A DNA stretch of 63,595 nucleotides, counting the filler, from Licmophora abbreviata (lineage: Eukaryota), in NCBI GenBank assembly GCA_900291995.1. It is 12 parts of 12 records of this genome, joined end to end, with 100 filler letters (N's around TTAATTAATTAA, not from the genome) between each part and the next. Parts side by side here need not be neighbours in the genome. Positions count along the whole stretch, not along the records: positions 44,473 to 60,718 come from OLMU01004202.1; 11 more parts are not named here. One strand, 5' to 3'. A program made the translations under genes and the position numbers. Shown here piece by piece: positions 44,895 to 55,542 of the stretch (the stretch's first letter is position 1; each line of letters begins with the position of its first letter). The notes beneath the pieces were generated by a model. It made no database searches. It worked only from the letters and a program-made list of their open reading frames with translations, and was not told the origin of the DNA.

Positions 44895-46637
44895 ATGACG
44901 AGGCATGCGGGAAGGAAATGGCATCTATTAGTCCTTTTTGCCCTGTTGATTCCTTGCGTGGTCGCGCAATCTATGCCCCGGGAACGGTATGGCGACACTT
45001 CGCTTCCCATGTCTTACTACCGTCGCAAGACCTTGTCCTACGGAGATCTGCAGCCGTTGCCTGGGGAACTTTCACAGCGACCCAGTCGGCAACAGCAAGA
45101 AAATTCGTGTTCCTTGTGCGGGAACTATACCCTTTCCCCTGACGTGCTTCCTCACTATCCTCACTTGGATCCAGATGAAGAACCCATTCCGAAGGGCCTG
45201 TCATGTCAGGACTTTGCTGGTTTTGCTCAGGAATTCCCAACGCCCTCAGTTGAATGCTATGGTTTCAAATCAGGGTTCTTGCATGCGTGCTGCAGCGCGC
45301 CACCGCTGCACGAATGCGAGACCACGCTGCGAACGGATCTACTCAATGGATACGATGCGGCCGTTATGCCGGCCAATGCCACCACACCGGGTGCTCCACT
45401 CTCGATTGAGTTTCACTTGGACTTTTATCACATTTCAGATCTAGACGTCCAAGACTCTACAGTTGAAATCTTCGTGTGGGTCTGGTTGGTGTGGAAGGAT
45501 GACCGACTGGTGTGGGATACTGACGAGCACTGCGCGTTCAGCACAACGTTTCGTGCCTCGTTGGATGCGGAACGCACCGAAATCTGGGTTCCTGACGTGG
45601 ATTTGTACAATCAACAACACGGCGTCCAGAAAATGCCTGAAGCCTTTGCGGAAGTATTCAGTGACGGTACCGTCTATTGGAGACGTAATGGGGGGCTGAA
45701 GGCTCTCTGTCTGTTTTCGGGGTTGCGCCAGATGCCATTTGATACACTGGGATGTCGATATCTATTTGGTGTTTGGACGCGCATGGGGCAAGTCAACCTG
45801 CTTTTCGAGGATGAGGGAGGATTTGCGGTGGGGGATTTTCTTGCCAAGTATGCCGAGTATCGACTTGTTCCAGATCGAGTCAAGGTGGGCTATATGGGCA
45901 TATCGAAAAGCGGAGATCCAGCAGACGGCTTGTATTACGACTTCTATTTTGAACGGGCTCAGCGCTTCTATGTCGTCGGACTTGTGATACCTGCCATTCT
46001 ATTTACGATATTAAGCTTTGGAATGTTCCTGCTGGATCTGAGAGTTGGAGAACGGCTGTCGTACGGTATGGCGTTGCTGTTGGTACTGGCAGCACATCAA
46101 ATTGTGACGACCTCATATCTTCCGGTGACGAACGAACGACTTTGGGCGGTCGTCTTGATCAATGCGTCGTTTTACTGGGTGGTCTTTGGCCTGCTGGAAT
46201 CGGTGTTTGTGGGGTACCTTTTCTTTACAGGATATGACGCAGCTCATCTCACTGCCGAACACCACGGAAATTTGTCATTGTATGACGATCATACCCCTCG
46301 CCGATCGGAGCGTGTCATTACGGGCGTTCCAGACGTCGTTCTTGAGGATGCTTCCAACGACGGTTCCAATGAGGAAGCTCAGTTAAATGGTCGAAGCGAC
46401 AATCGTCCCGGGGTCACATTTGGAGAGTCGGTGCGATCTGTCTTTACGCTCAAACAATCCATGATGTCCAGCAAGCGCGATACGAACACGAACCGAAAGC
46501 TTATCCGTGCTATCGACAAGTGGTCTTTCCGAATAGTACCGCTGTCGTACTTCATCTTTCTGGTTGTGTTCTTTGCTACGCTTCCTTTGTGGGAAGAGAG
46601 CGGGGAGGATATTTGGGCACCCGCAAATGAGCTTTGA
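44895..46637 (+). CDS. Pentameric ligand-gated ion channel (Cys-loop/nAChR-like) subunit with an extra N-terminal Cys-rich module
   Basis: Signal peptide; W.D.RL.W, IWVPDVDLYN, V.SDG.V.W, Cys-loop CLFSGLRQMPFDTLGC; R...FY...VIP M1, GERLS M2, M3, and M4 IDKWSFRIVP. Confidence 0.9.
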   Translation: MTRHAGRKWHLLVLFALLIPCVVAQSMPRERYGDTSLPMSYYRRKTLSYGDLQPLPGELSQRPSRQQQENSCSLCGNYTLSPDVLPHYPHLDPDEEPIPKGLSCQDFAGFAQEFPTPSVECYGFKSGFLHACCSAPPLHECETTLRTDLLNGYDAAVMPANATTPGAPLSIEFHLDFYHISDLDVQDSTVEIFVWVWLVWKDDRLVWDTDEHCAFSTTFRASLDAERTEIWVPDVDLYNQQHGVQKMPEAFAEVFSDGTVYWRRNGGLKALCLFSGLRQMPFDTLGCRYLFGVWTRMGQVNLLFEDEGGFAVGDFLAKYAEYRLVPDRVKVGYMGISKSGDPADGLYYDFYFERAQRFYVVGLVIPAILFTILSFGMFLLDLRVGERLSYGMALLLVLAAHQIVTTSYLPVTNERLWAVVLINASFYWVVFGLLESVFVGYLFFTGYDAAHLTAEHHGNLSLYDDHTPRRSERVITGVPDVVLEDASNDGSNEEAQLNGRSDNRPGVTFGESVRSVFTLKQSMMSSKRDTNTNRKLIRAIDKWSFRIVPLSYFIFLVVFFATLPLWEESGEDIWAPANEL

Positions 46638-47222
46638 TTGTGGCAAAGATTTACCCGCTCGCGGAGTTAACTTCCTCGAACGGGTTTCGATGTAGCATAA
46701 GAGTTCAGCGTTCTTGTGTTCTCTCCAGATCTACGGCCGCCGTTTGCTTGCGCCCAGCGCAAGGTTGGTGCTTGACCGGGCTGCCGCCTTAGCTTTCGCG
46801 CCCGATTGATTCAGCTGGACTAGACTGTAGCGCTGCTGTTTCGAGTAAAATTCCACCGATATGGGGTTTACTCGGGCATGCTTATTACAATAATGAGTCG
46901 AGTACATCCTCAGTTCGTACTGTTACACAACTCTAGGTTCCAAGCTGAGAACGACAGGTTCGTCCTCGCTATCCTACGATACGCGTGTTTAGAGTGTTCG
47001 GTGCATCCGAACCGGAACTATTCACAGTCATCAACATCACGCAAGTCCACCACGCATCGTCGCGCGACTTGACGGCCTAACTCGTGTACGAGTACGAGTA
47101 GACCGCATATTTTATATTTTTGGCCGTTGTCATTGTGATTGCAGCGGGAGATCTCTTTCAGCTTCTTGGTCTGCAACGACAGCGACGACGACGACAACAG
47201 CAGAAGTTTGTCTCTAACAAAT

Positions 47223-48957
47223 ATGGTGCGACTGCGAAAAAGCGGCGTTCCTGCGTCCATCACTGCGGTAATGACGAGTAAACCGTCTTCTTCCTCCAAA
47301 ACTACCGGTACCCCCAGTACTACAGGTACTAGTAGTAGCAGAGACAACAACGACAACAGGCTGTCCTCCAGTAGTAGCAGACGACTCCAGTCTGCCCTCA
47401 AGCGTCCTCCCATTCTTCTCATTTGCTTGGCTATCCCCATTGTGGCTCTTTGGGTCAGTTTGAATGTTCATTCCATGACTGCATTTCACTCCAATCAGCA
47501 GCTGAACGGCGGCATCCTTGCTCGACACCGCAAATTCCCCCACTTCAAGCAAAGGAAAGAAGCGCAGCAGAGATTAAGAATGGACTCTTCTCCGGATGGT
47601 AATCATGAACTTTCCTCCCGTAAGAAGACGCGCGATCAAGTCATGCTGGACATACTTCAAGCTCGCGTCACCTTGATTGAACTCAGTGTCCCCATGGGTG
47701 CCCTCAGCTCCCCTTCCGACTCATATCACGGCGTCACGGCCCGATTCTGCAAAGTGCGGTGGGATCTTTACAAACAAGACCCTGCCAAGACTCCCATGTT
47801 TAAGGACTTGTTAAAGGCCAGTGAAGATTGTAAGTCTACCAAGGATTTGATCAGTGTCAACTTTCAGGATGTCGTCCAACAAGTGCGCAAGTATGATGAC
47901 GAGTACCATCCGTTAGAGGATGAGAATCCAGTGCACTCGTTGGAATTGGGTGGCGTTGTGGCGCACGAGTCGAGGTGTGGGAGTACGCTGACGGCGAACT
48001 TAATTACGGCCGCGAATCCGGCGGAGCATCGCATGTACAGCGAGGCGGCACCGCCCTCGACTGTCTTTAAACGGTGCGAGGCGGATTCCGAATGCGATTG
48101 GGACAAGACGACGAAACTGCTACAGGACGTCTTGTACGTCATGGCAAGGTCCAATAGTAAGAAAGAACGACGGGTCTTTTATAAATTGCAAATGAGTGGC
48201 AGTCGGAGTCTGTGGCTTTGGAGAAAGGCAATGCAAGAAGAACAACAGAATGCAGTATCATCCGAATCGTCCGATGAATCGTCGTCTGACGATTCCTCCG
48301 AATCATCGTCGCCGTCACCCTTAAAGTGGGTTTACATCTTCCGCGATTCCGTCGAGGCGCTCATGAGTCATTACAATGGTGCCGATGACTTTGATCGGAG
48401 CAAGAAGGCGAAGGCGGCGTGTTTGCGCATCATGATGAGGCCACCGCCGCTCTTGAAGGAGACGGCCTCTCATTTCTTTGGGGGGAGAAAAACCTTGAAG
48501 GAAATGACCAATACTGAAGCGTGTGCGGTGCATCTGGTGAGTTGTGACAGGTTGTGCTGTGATCTGTGACTACTACTACTAGTGTATGCTAATCCTAACC
48601 CCGTTGTCCCGTTCCTTCTTTATTTCAAAGACGGCATTGAATGAAGCAGCCGTGACGGAGCATGAGGAGCACGGCGAGGGTCACTTTGTAGAATACTCGT
48701 CACTGCCCGATGCGGTCTGGGAATACATTTTGCCAGACGTCTTTGATGTGCCGCTGGAACAGGCGGGCTTGGCTCACATGAAGGAGGTATCGGGTGTTTA
48801 CAGCAAGATCCATGGAGGAAAGATGGTTGGGAAGGAGTGGACAGAGGATAGTGCGAACAAGACCAAGTCGGCTCCAAGAAGCGTACAGAAGGTTGCCACC
48901 ACAATCATGGGAGACTCATATGTCAAGCTACATGAACTGGCTTGGCAGAGTTCATGA
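47223..48957 (+). CDS. Type II membrane P-loop sulfotransferase-like protein; intron 48537-48630
   Basis: TM ILLICLAIPIVALWVSL; 5'-PSB-like HESRCGSTL; IFRDSVEALMSH (3'-PB-like R..S); GTGAGT...CAAAG intron joins VHL|TALN. Confidence 0.65.
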
Positions 48958-49571
48958 GATGCCTTGACAGTTACTCGTACCTAGTATTCTCAGGGTGAAT
49001 CAGCTGTCGCAAACATAGTACCTGTTTGGTAGCATTGCAGGCTTTTGTTGCGGTGTACCAGGTATGGCCATCTCGAAATATTTATACTAGCAACTGTAGT
49101 CTACCGCAGAAAACCTTAGTCGATTGCTCATACCAGAAGCTAGTCGTCCCGGGGACGAGGACGACTGGTGCGAAACCTGCGATGTAAAGCCACCACTCAC
49201 TGCTTTCACGACCGCACTGTAACGAAACACTACGAATATACGAATACAGGTACCGGTACCTCTACCAGGTATGAAGAGTTAGTCGAGTCAGTCGAACAAT
49301 GATCACACTGCTAGTTTAGATCACTAAAAACATCGCAATAGCGTACGTCATCCAATCAAATCAAATGTACGAACCTGGCAGAATGGCGCTTCTGTTCGTC
49401 GCCGTTTCGCGCTTGGCACCCCCGGAAAATCAACACAGTGAGGTTCTTTGCCGAATGAGCCGGCGGCAAATAACAGCTTGTGTTTCGGTATCTAGTCCAG
49501 TCTGTTGACTGCCCCCTCCCTCCTCTCTCCATACCTATACACTCTGCTACTACTTTTGTAAAGCAGAAACA

Positions 49572-50519
49572 ATGAAACGCCCGGCAGATCAAGCCAAGCT
49601 GCTCTTCTTGTACTTGCTTCGCAGTTCCGCAGCCGCCCTGGCTACGACCCAAGCGGGCGGCGGCACCAGCAAGGCGCTCCTCCTGCCCCACCACGAGGGA
49701 CACATATGTCTGCGATTGGCACGCCGAAATGATGTCGTTCCCATCCAACGCTGCAACTTTGCAACCTTGCCCGAAAATTACAATGCCAATTTCTACGATC
49801 GCCACTTACGAAAGTATCCGGATTTGGCTCTGGTGGCGGAGCATGTGGTGTCTCCGGAAGAGGGAGAAGGACACAGTAGTACTCGGAGATTTCACAATCC
49901 AGCCTTTCCCGGACTGAACAGCCATTGTGAAGGTAAGATTGTGGGATACGTCTTGGGAAAGGTGGAAGAGCCGCCGCGGACGAATCTAAACAACAACGGT
50001 ATGATGAACGAAAACACGAACTGGCCTAGTACTCCGGGACATGTCATTTCCTTGGCCGTCTTGCACGACTATCGTCGTCATGGACTGGCAGCAGCCTTGA
50101 TGGATCAGCTGCATCTTCATCTCGAACAGGCCTATGGCGCCAGTAGTGTTGGACTTCATGTACGCAAGAGCAATGAGGCGGCATGGAAGTTGTACGAGCG
50201 TGATGGCTATGTCGTGCACAATGTCATTTCGCGCTACTATGAGGATGGTGAAGATGCCTATTACATGCAAAAGCCTTTACGCCCAACAGTGGATAGTAGT
50301 AGTAGTAGTAGCAGTATGGTGAAGAATCAGAATAACAAAAAGAGAGGATGGGGTGGACGACCTAGGCCGTGGGAAAATGGGCCTTTGGAATTCAGATTGC
50401 CGCGCAATCAGGCGTTTCGGGATAGTGCATCAACACCATTGGAGAAGCAGCAGTCGGATGCGGATGACAGTGTCACGCAGCCTCATCATGAGCAGCACAT
50501 TATTACAGGAACGATGTAG
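49572..50519 (+). CDS. GNAT N-terminal acetyltransferase, NAA10/ARD1-like, with an N-terminal extension
   Basis: CNFATLPENY, IVGYVLGK, GHVISLAV..YRRHGLA, LHVRKSN.AA..LY and YYEDGEDAY.M match NAA10 motifs. Confidence 0.85.
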   Translation: MKRPADQAKLLFLYLLRSSAAALATTQAGGGTSKALLLPHHEGHICLRLARRNDVVPIQRCNFATLPENYNANFYDRHLRKYPDLALVAEHVVSPEEGEGHSSTRRFHNPAFPGLNSHCEGKIVGYVLGKVEEPPRTNLNNNGMMNENTNWPSTPGHVISLAVLHDYRRHGLAAALMDQLHLHLEQAYGASSVGLHVRKSNEAAWKLYERDGYVVHNVISRYYEDGEDAYYMQKPLRPTVDSSSSSSSMVKNQNNKKRGWGGRPRPWENGPLEFRLPRNQAFRDSASTPLEKQQSDADDSVTQPHHEQHIITGTM

Positions 50520-51023
50520 TCATCAGGGTACAAGTGGACTCGTAGGATTTTTGAAACAAGGAAAGAAGAAGCAGAAGCACACGGCCAAGACTGATCCCCT
50601 GCCTGGCTGTTGTAGCGACTAGAGCTTGTACTACAACTTCATAAAAATATGTATGTACCGAGGAGTAAAGCACAGAGCCATGGATACACACTATCTAGAG
50701 GCTCTTCAGTGTCGTCCCAAACTGATTGTGAAGTATGAAATCTTAGTCTCTCTCATGGTACTATATCATACTGGCAGGACAGGCTTTGCCGCAATGCTTC
50801 AACTTCATTTTCTCGACCACCTCGCGCCTGTCCGTCACCTTGGCCGACGCATGTGTCGAGGACATTTTTTCCCGCGCGCAGACGTTCTGCGCGGCAAAAT
50901 AACATCACCGAGAACCGAGAATCCAAAAGGTCAATCACATTCTCGTTTCTCTCAACGCCCCATGACGGTCCTTGTCCTCCGTCGTCGTCGCCTCTTCCTC
51001 CCTCGTCTCGTCGACGATCGGCT

Positions 51024-52262
51024 ATGACGCGAGTCCTGCTGAACTGCCCCAATCGGTTGCTCCTGTCGACGGTTGGCTTTATTTTTGTAATCTTGCTGCC
51101 ATGGCGCATGCGAATGGCTGAAACTTCCAATTTCGGAGAAGGTTCCTTAGGTGTGATGGCGTCCCTTTCGCAGGTCAAGGATCCTACATCAGCGATTCTG
51201 GCGCAGAATATCGAAACTTCGACTGAACAGGCGGACTCAACCAGCGGCACCTCGACTCCTTCGACCACCGCGGATAAGATCACCCATGGCACAACAAAGT
51301 TCCTCCCTCTAGTCACGATGGCAACTCGATCACCTGGAAGCCAGTCCTCGCGTCATCCTAGCGTTCTCGCCGTCAATGGCCATTCGTGGCGTAAAAGATT
51401 CCCACGGCATCACGAGTCACTTCCAGAGTACGATCCCAACAAGAACAACCATGAAAACAACAACACCACCGGCGATGACGCCGTTTCTGATAAAGATAGA
51501 ATATGGGGCTGGAATGTCCCCGGTGTGCCAAAGATATTTTATACTCATGGTATTGGTCCATCCTTTGGAGTCCCTCTTAAGCTTCCCACCCCAGTGTTGG
51601 TCGTGGGTATGCCCAAATCGGGAACTTCGTCGATTCGAGACTTCTTCCGCTGCAACGGCCACAATGCTTCGCACTGGAGGTGCGTAGGATCGGACTCCAA
51701 CACCAACGCCTTCTGCGCCCACACGATTCGGCACAATATTATCGCAGGACGCCCAGCCCTAGTCGACACAGGAAACTACCATGTATATGCACAAATGGAT
51801 GTCGAGCTGCCGTCGAACACGAACTTTACGAAGGAAGATGTGTGCTATATGCCGCAAGTGAAAAATTTGGACAAGCTTCATGAGAGTCATCCCAACGCAA
51901 CCTTTTTGCTGAATCGTCGAAATGTCACCACTTGGATTGACAGTCTGAGGCACTTTATGAGATTTGATGATAGACTGAGAGATTGCAATCTCACAGACTT
52001 CCCACCCGGCATGGGAGAGACTGATGCAGAGCTGGAGACATTCTATCACAGTCACCTGAACAACATTCGAGAGTTTGTGAAACGACACCCAGGTCATGCC
52101 TTGGTGGAATTTGACATTGAAGCTTCTACTGCTGGATCTGTTTTGGCTGACGCGTTCGGGCTCCAAGAAGAATGCTGGGTAAAGCGGAATGCTCGCCCTC
52201 GCGCAGTACTGAGAGCTGAAGACGAGGGAAGAGAAATGCCAGATTCTAAGGTTGATGCATAG
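51024..52262 (+). CDS. Type II membrane sulfotransferase-family (P-loop) protein
   Basis: TM LLLSTVGFIFVILLPW; 5'-PSB VVGMPKSGTSS; PNATFLLNRRN..WIDS. Confidence 0.75.
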   Translation: MTRVLLNCPNRLLLSTVGFIFVILLPWRMRMAETSNFGEGSLGVMASLSQVKDPTSAILAQNIETSTEQADSTSGTSTPSTTADKITHGTTKFLPLVTMATRSPGSQSSRHPSVLAVNGHSWRKRFPRHHESLPEYDPNKNNHENNNTTGDDAVSDKDRIWGWNVPGVPKIFYTHGIGPSFGVPLKLPTPVLVVGMPKSGTSSIRDFFRCNGHNASHWRCVGSDSNTNAFCAHTIRHNIIAGRPALVDTGNYHVYAQMDVELPSNTNFTKEDVCYMPQVKNLDKLHESHPNATFLLNRRNVTTWIDSLRHFMRFDDRLRDCNLTDFPPGMGETDAELETFYHSHLNNIREFVKRHPGHALVEFDIEASTAGSVLADAFGLQEECWVKRNARPRAVLRAEDEGREMPDSKVDA

Positions 52263-52379
52263 CCGAACCCGACGCTACCGATGTTACTTTAGTTTGGATC
52301 TACCTGGTACCGAAGTTTCGCGGACCTTTTCCACCGCTGGTGCAGGCATCTCATTCGGTATTGACGCCCGTGAAGGTTA

Positions 52380-52870
52380 TGTGAATCTTGACTTTTTCCT
52401 CTGCAGCGTCTCTCATTTCTGCTGTGGTATGGATCGCGACGGAGAATGACTCTGATGGGTCCAGACACAATACATCCGTAGTTCTGTGGCATGCAATTAT
52501 GGAAGAGTATTCACGCTTCGGCGTTGTATGGTCTAGCTCCCAGATATGATGTCACACCGAGCTCGGTAACAAGCGGTCTCTGGAGTAATAGCCCCAAAAC
52601 AGCTCATTTGTTGGAGAGTGGTACATGCCAAAGTAAATAGTCTTAAAGAGCTGCACCCAGCGAATCCGAGGGTGACCTGGATTTTGAATGAATGGATTGA
52701 GAGCATACGAAACTATCGCGGCTGGAACAACAAATTTTCCAATTGCGACATGAGGGATTTTCCGATAAGAAGATCCAACACGGCAACTGATGAACACTTT
52801 GGAATGTTCTAGTTTCTGGAGGACAATCCGGGTCACGTGCTCAATACCATATTGAGATCGATGTCGAAGA
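52380..52870 (+). pseudogene. Degenerate tandem remnant of the upstream sulfotransferase-like gene
   Basis: Collinear fragments DFFLCSVSHFCC, FCG, WYMP, LKELHPANPRVTWILN..WIESIR..CDMRDFP, FLEDNPGH, EIDVE, with stops and frameshifts. Confidence 0.65.
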
Positions 52871-53668
52871 TCAGAACTCATGAAAGCTTTTTGCTAATGT
52901 TTTCGGCTTACGACATGAAAGTTCTTCAATGGAGAGTTAAGTTGTTGACTGAAAGTGGCATATCGCGCTTACTTGTACTAGCTATCATGTGTCCGAACCT
53001 GGTATGCAAAGTTCGTTTTGTGTACTTCCGTGGTCAGTTATTTCTGGCTGCCGGTTGCTAGGTGGCTCCAGGGGCGCAGGGGTTTATAGTTTTATGCCGT
53101 TCAGTTTCGATAACATGCAGGCGATGCTTCGTGGCGAGGCCTCTCTATGCGCCAGAATGCATCGGAAGATGGACCCCCCACACCAGGCCCTTCACATGCC
53201 GGCGAGGAGGATTTCATGGTATGCTCGTGTGGTCGACGAGCGCGAAAAACGCGCACCAAGCAGTCGTTGTCACTCGACAACCAACCAGTCCCGCGACCAA
53301 ATAACGACTGGTCACATCACTCCGGGTGGGATCGGTAGGGAATATATAAGTGTATACGGCATGTTTTCCAAGTAATTCAGACATATTAAGTATTGTTGGA
53401 CATCTGCGACATACTTGCTTGAAGGTCGGTTTTCTCAACATAAAGGCATTTTGAATTCGTTGACAAGTTTGCTATGGAGAAATTACGTAGGATTCTACGT
53501 AGATGTTCGTTTTTGTCGGTTGGCCAAACTCCACAATGCTTTTCTGGAGCGCGCCCTCACAAAATCGTTCGTTTGGCATCTCATCACAACATCACAACGA
53601 ACGCGACGCGACTTCAGTGTTGTTTTCCAGCTCAAATTCTTTCGGTGAAGTGCCTTGTAGCTAGTACA

Positions 53669-54922
53669 ATGCTCCGCTCGCTCCTTTTGCTTCTTGTTGG
53701 CTTCGGCTACCTCGCTTTGTGCTTCGGCAGTCAAGAGGTCGCTCTTCCAAACCTCACTTTGCAGGTCCAGTCACGAGCCCAAGTTCGCGCGGGAAGCTTC
53801 CTTTCCCACCTCCTACGGGAAACCGACGATTTTCTTCATTCCTACTTCATAGACTACCTCTCAAAGACGGGCCCTACTTACACCAACCTTGGAGATGTGG
53901 ATCTTCGTATCGTGAGCTACGATACAACAGGTGACTACTATGCCGACAAGATGGAAACTTCAATTGTCATCTTGGAAGGAAGAGCAATTTTCGATGACGC
54001 CCCTACTCCTAGCGAGGGAATCATGTCGAACTTAGTTCGAGCTGCTTTTCAGAGCAGCTCGAGGCTAGAACTCGTCGCGCGGCTGCTGTCATCGCAAAAC
54101 ACTTTCCTCTCATCAATGGAATTTCTTGTTGTTTCCGTCGACGGTGTCGTCATTGCGACCGAGGACCTAAGTTCCGGGACCGAGAGCAAAACTCCCGGGA
54201 GTGATGACGATAGCTCATCGACCAAGCTCATCATCTTGATCGCTTCTGTCGTCGGTATTCTGTGCCTTTCGGTCGGTGTTGGCATATTCGTCGCCTTCTT
54301 GTGTCGTCGCAAAAACAAAGGCGCCGCACCAGTCACAGCGAAAAGATCCAGAAGGAGGAACAAACATCAGCATGACTTGGAGATGCAACCGACTCGGTCC
54401 CCATCGCCGGTTCGATCGATTGCCTCCCAGGATTCGAGTAAATTCACCTTCAACCCAAGGTTCGCTGGAGCGTCCGGTGATAGCAAGTCGGCCGATTCCA
54501 AGTCTCTACCGTCGAACTTTTCTGCCATTCAGGTGGATGTGTCACAAGCTGTAGATGTCAACGCGTGGACGAACAATACTATCAGCCCCATTACACCAGC
54601 ACCTTTTGGTCACGACATAAGTGCCATTGAAAACAAGAAAGATCTGAGCCTCATTGAGGAAGGATCCCAAGAGGACATCACTCCAGCTTCCAAGAGCGGT
54701 TCCTATTTGTCAAAGGATAGCTTGTTACGAGTGGACTACTCTGTTCCTACTCAATATACAACATCATCAAAAAAGTCCCACTCAACTCAGGGTCTAAACC
54801 ACGTCTCCTTCTATTCCGAAGCTGATGACAGTCTTGCGGAGAGCGACGGCAGCGATGTGATCAGAGATCTCCAGAACCTTTCCGTTCAGATTCGAAGTCA
54901 CCGTGGTAGCAGCCGTCTCTGA
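53669..54922 (+). CDS. Type I membrane protein with a SEA-like ectodomain, TM and Ser-rich tail ending -SSRL
   Basis: Signal MLRSLLLLLVGFGYLALCFG; TM LIILIASVVGILCLSVGVGIFVAFLC followed by RRK. Confidence 0.8.
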   Translation: MLRSLLLLLVGFGYLALCFGSQEVALPNLTLQVQSRAQVRAGSFLSHLLRETDDFLHSYFIDYLSKTGPTYTNLGDVDLRIVSYDTTGDYYADKMETSIVILEGRAIFDDAPTPSEGIMSNLVRAAFQSSSRLELVARLLSSQNTFLSSMEFLVVSVDGVVIATEDLSSGTESKTPGSDDDSSSTKLIILIASVVGILCLSVGVGIFVAFLCRRKNKGAAPVTAKRSRRRNKHQHDLEMQPTRSPSPVRSIASQDSSKFTFNPRFAGASGDSKSADSKSLPSNFSAIQVDVSQAVDVNAWTNNTISPITPAPFGHDISAIENKKDLSLIEEGSQEDITPASKSGSYLSKDSLLRVDYSVPTQYTTSSKKSHSTQGLNHVSFYSEADDSLAESDGSDVIRDLQNLSVQIRSHRGSSRL

Positions 54923-55022
54923 AGTGCAAAGTGGGAGGATGGCATCTGCATATTATTTGCACCGATATTTGTGAGAAGGAAAAGCAGCTCTGTACTCGTA
55001 ACTAGCTGAAGTATAACGTGAA

Positions 55023-55064
55023 TGCTTTGTATTTATTTTCAGTTGCTTTGTATTTATTTTCAGT
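55023..55064. repeat. 21-bp perfect tandem duplication in an intergenic region
   Basis: TGCTTTGTATTTATTTTCAGT x2. Confidence 0.85.
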
Positions 55065-55542
55065 TCCTGCCTCGATTCTAGACAGCTCGATTCGCGAGGT
55101 TTCATCGATAATGTAAACTGAAGAAATAATAACAAATGTTTTGTCTGTCTGGTGGCTATGTTGCTCTTCTGCGGATTTCATTCGCTTTTCGCACCTTCTT
55201 GGCAGCTCATCGTTGATGTGGGCGTCCTACCGGTATTGCTTTTTGCTTCTTTTGTGATCTGTGATTTGTGATTTGCCTTAATCGGCGCGAAGTCGCGTTC
55301 GGAGTGTGATCCCCGCGCGCGAACTCGGGTTAACGTATCGAGCCAGCCAGTCGGATTGCGAGTTCCACTATCATTTGTGTTCTAGCATGGCTGTATTTGT
55401 ATATAACCGAAACCCTTAAGTGGTGTTGCCGTTGCCATGGTCCTTGGCTTGGCTTTCGCCATCGCCACAATTTGCACGAATGGTCGTTTGTTTCGAGCAC
55501 AAACATGAGTGCCATCGTGACGGGACTTATTGATCGCCTAAC

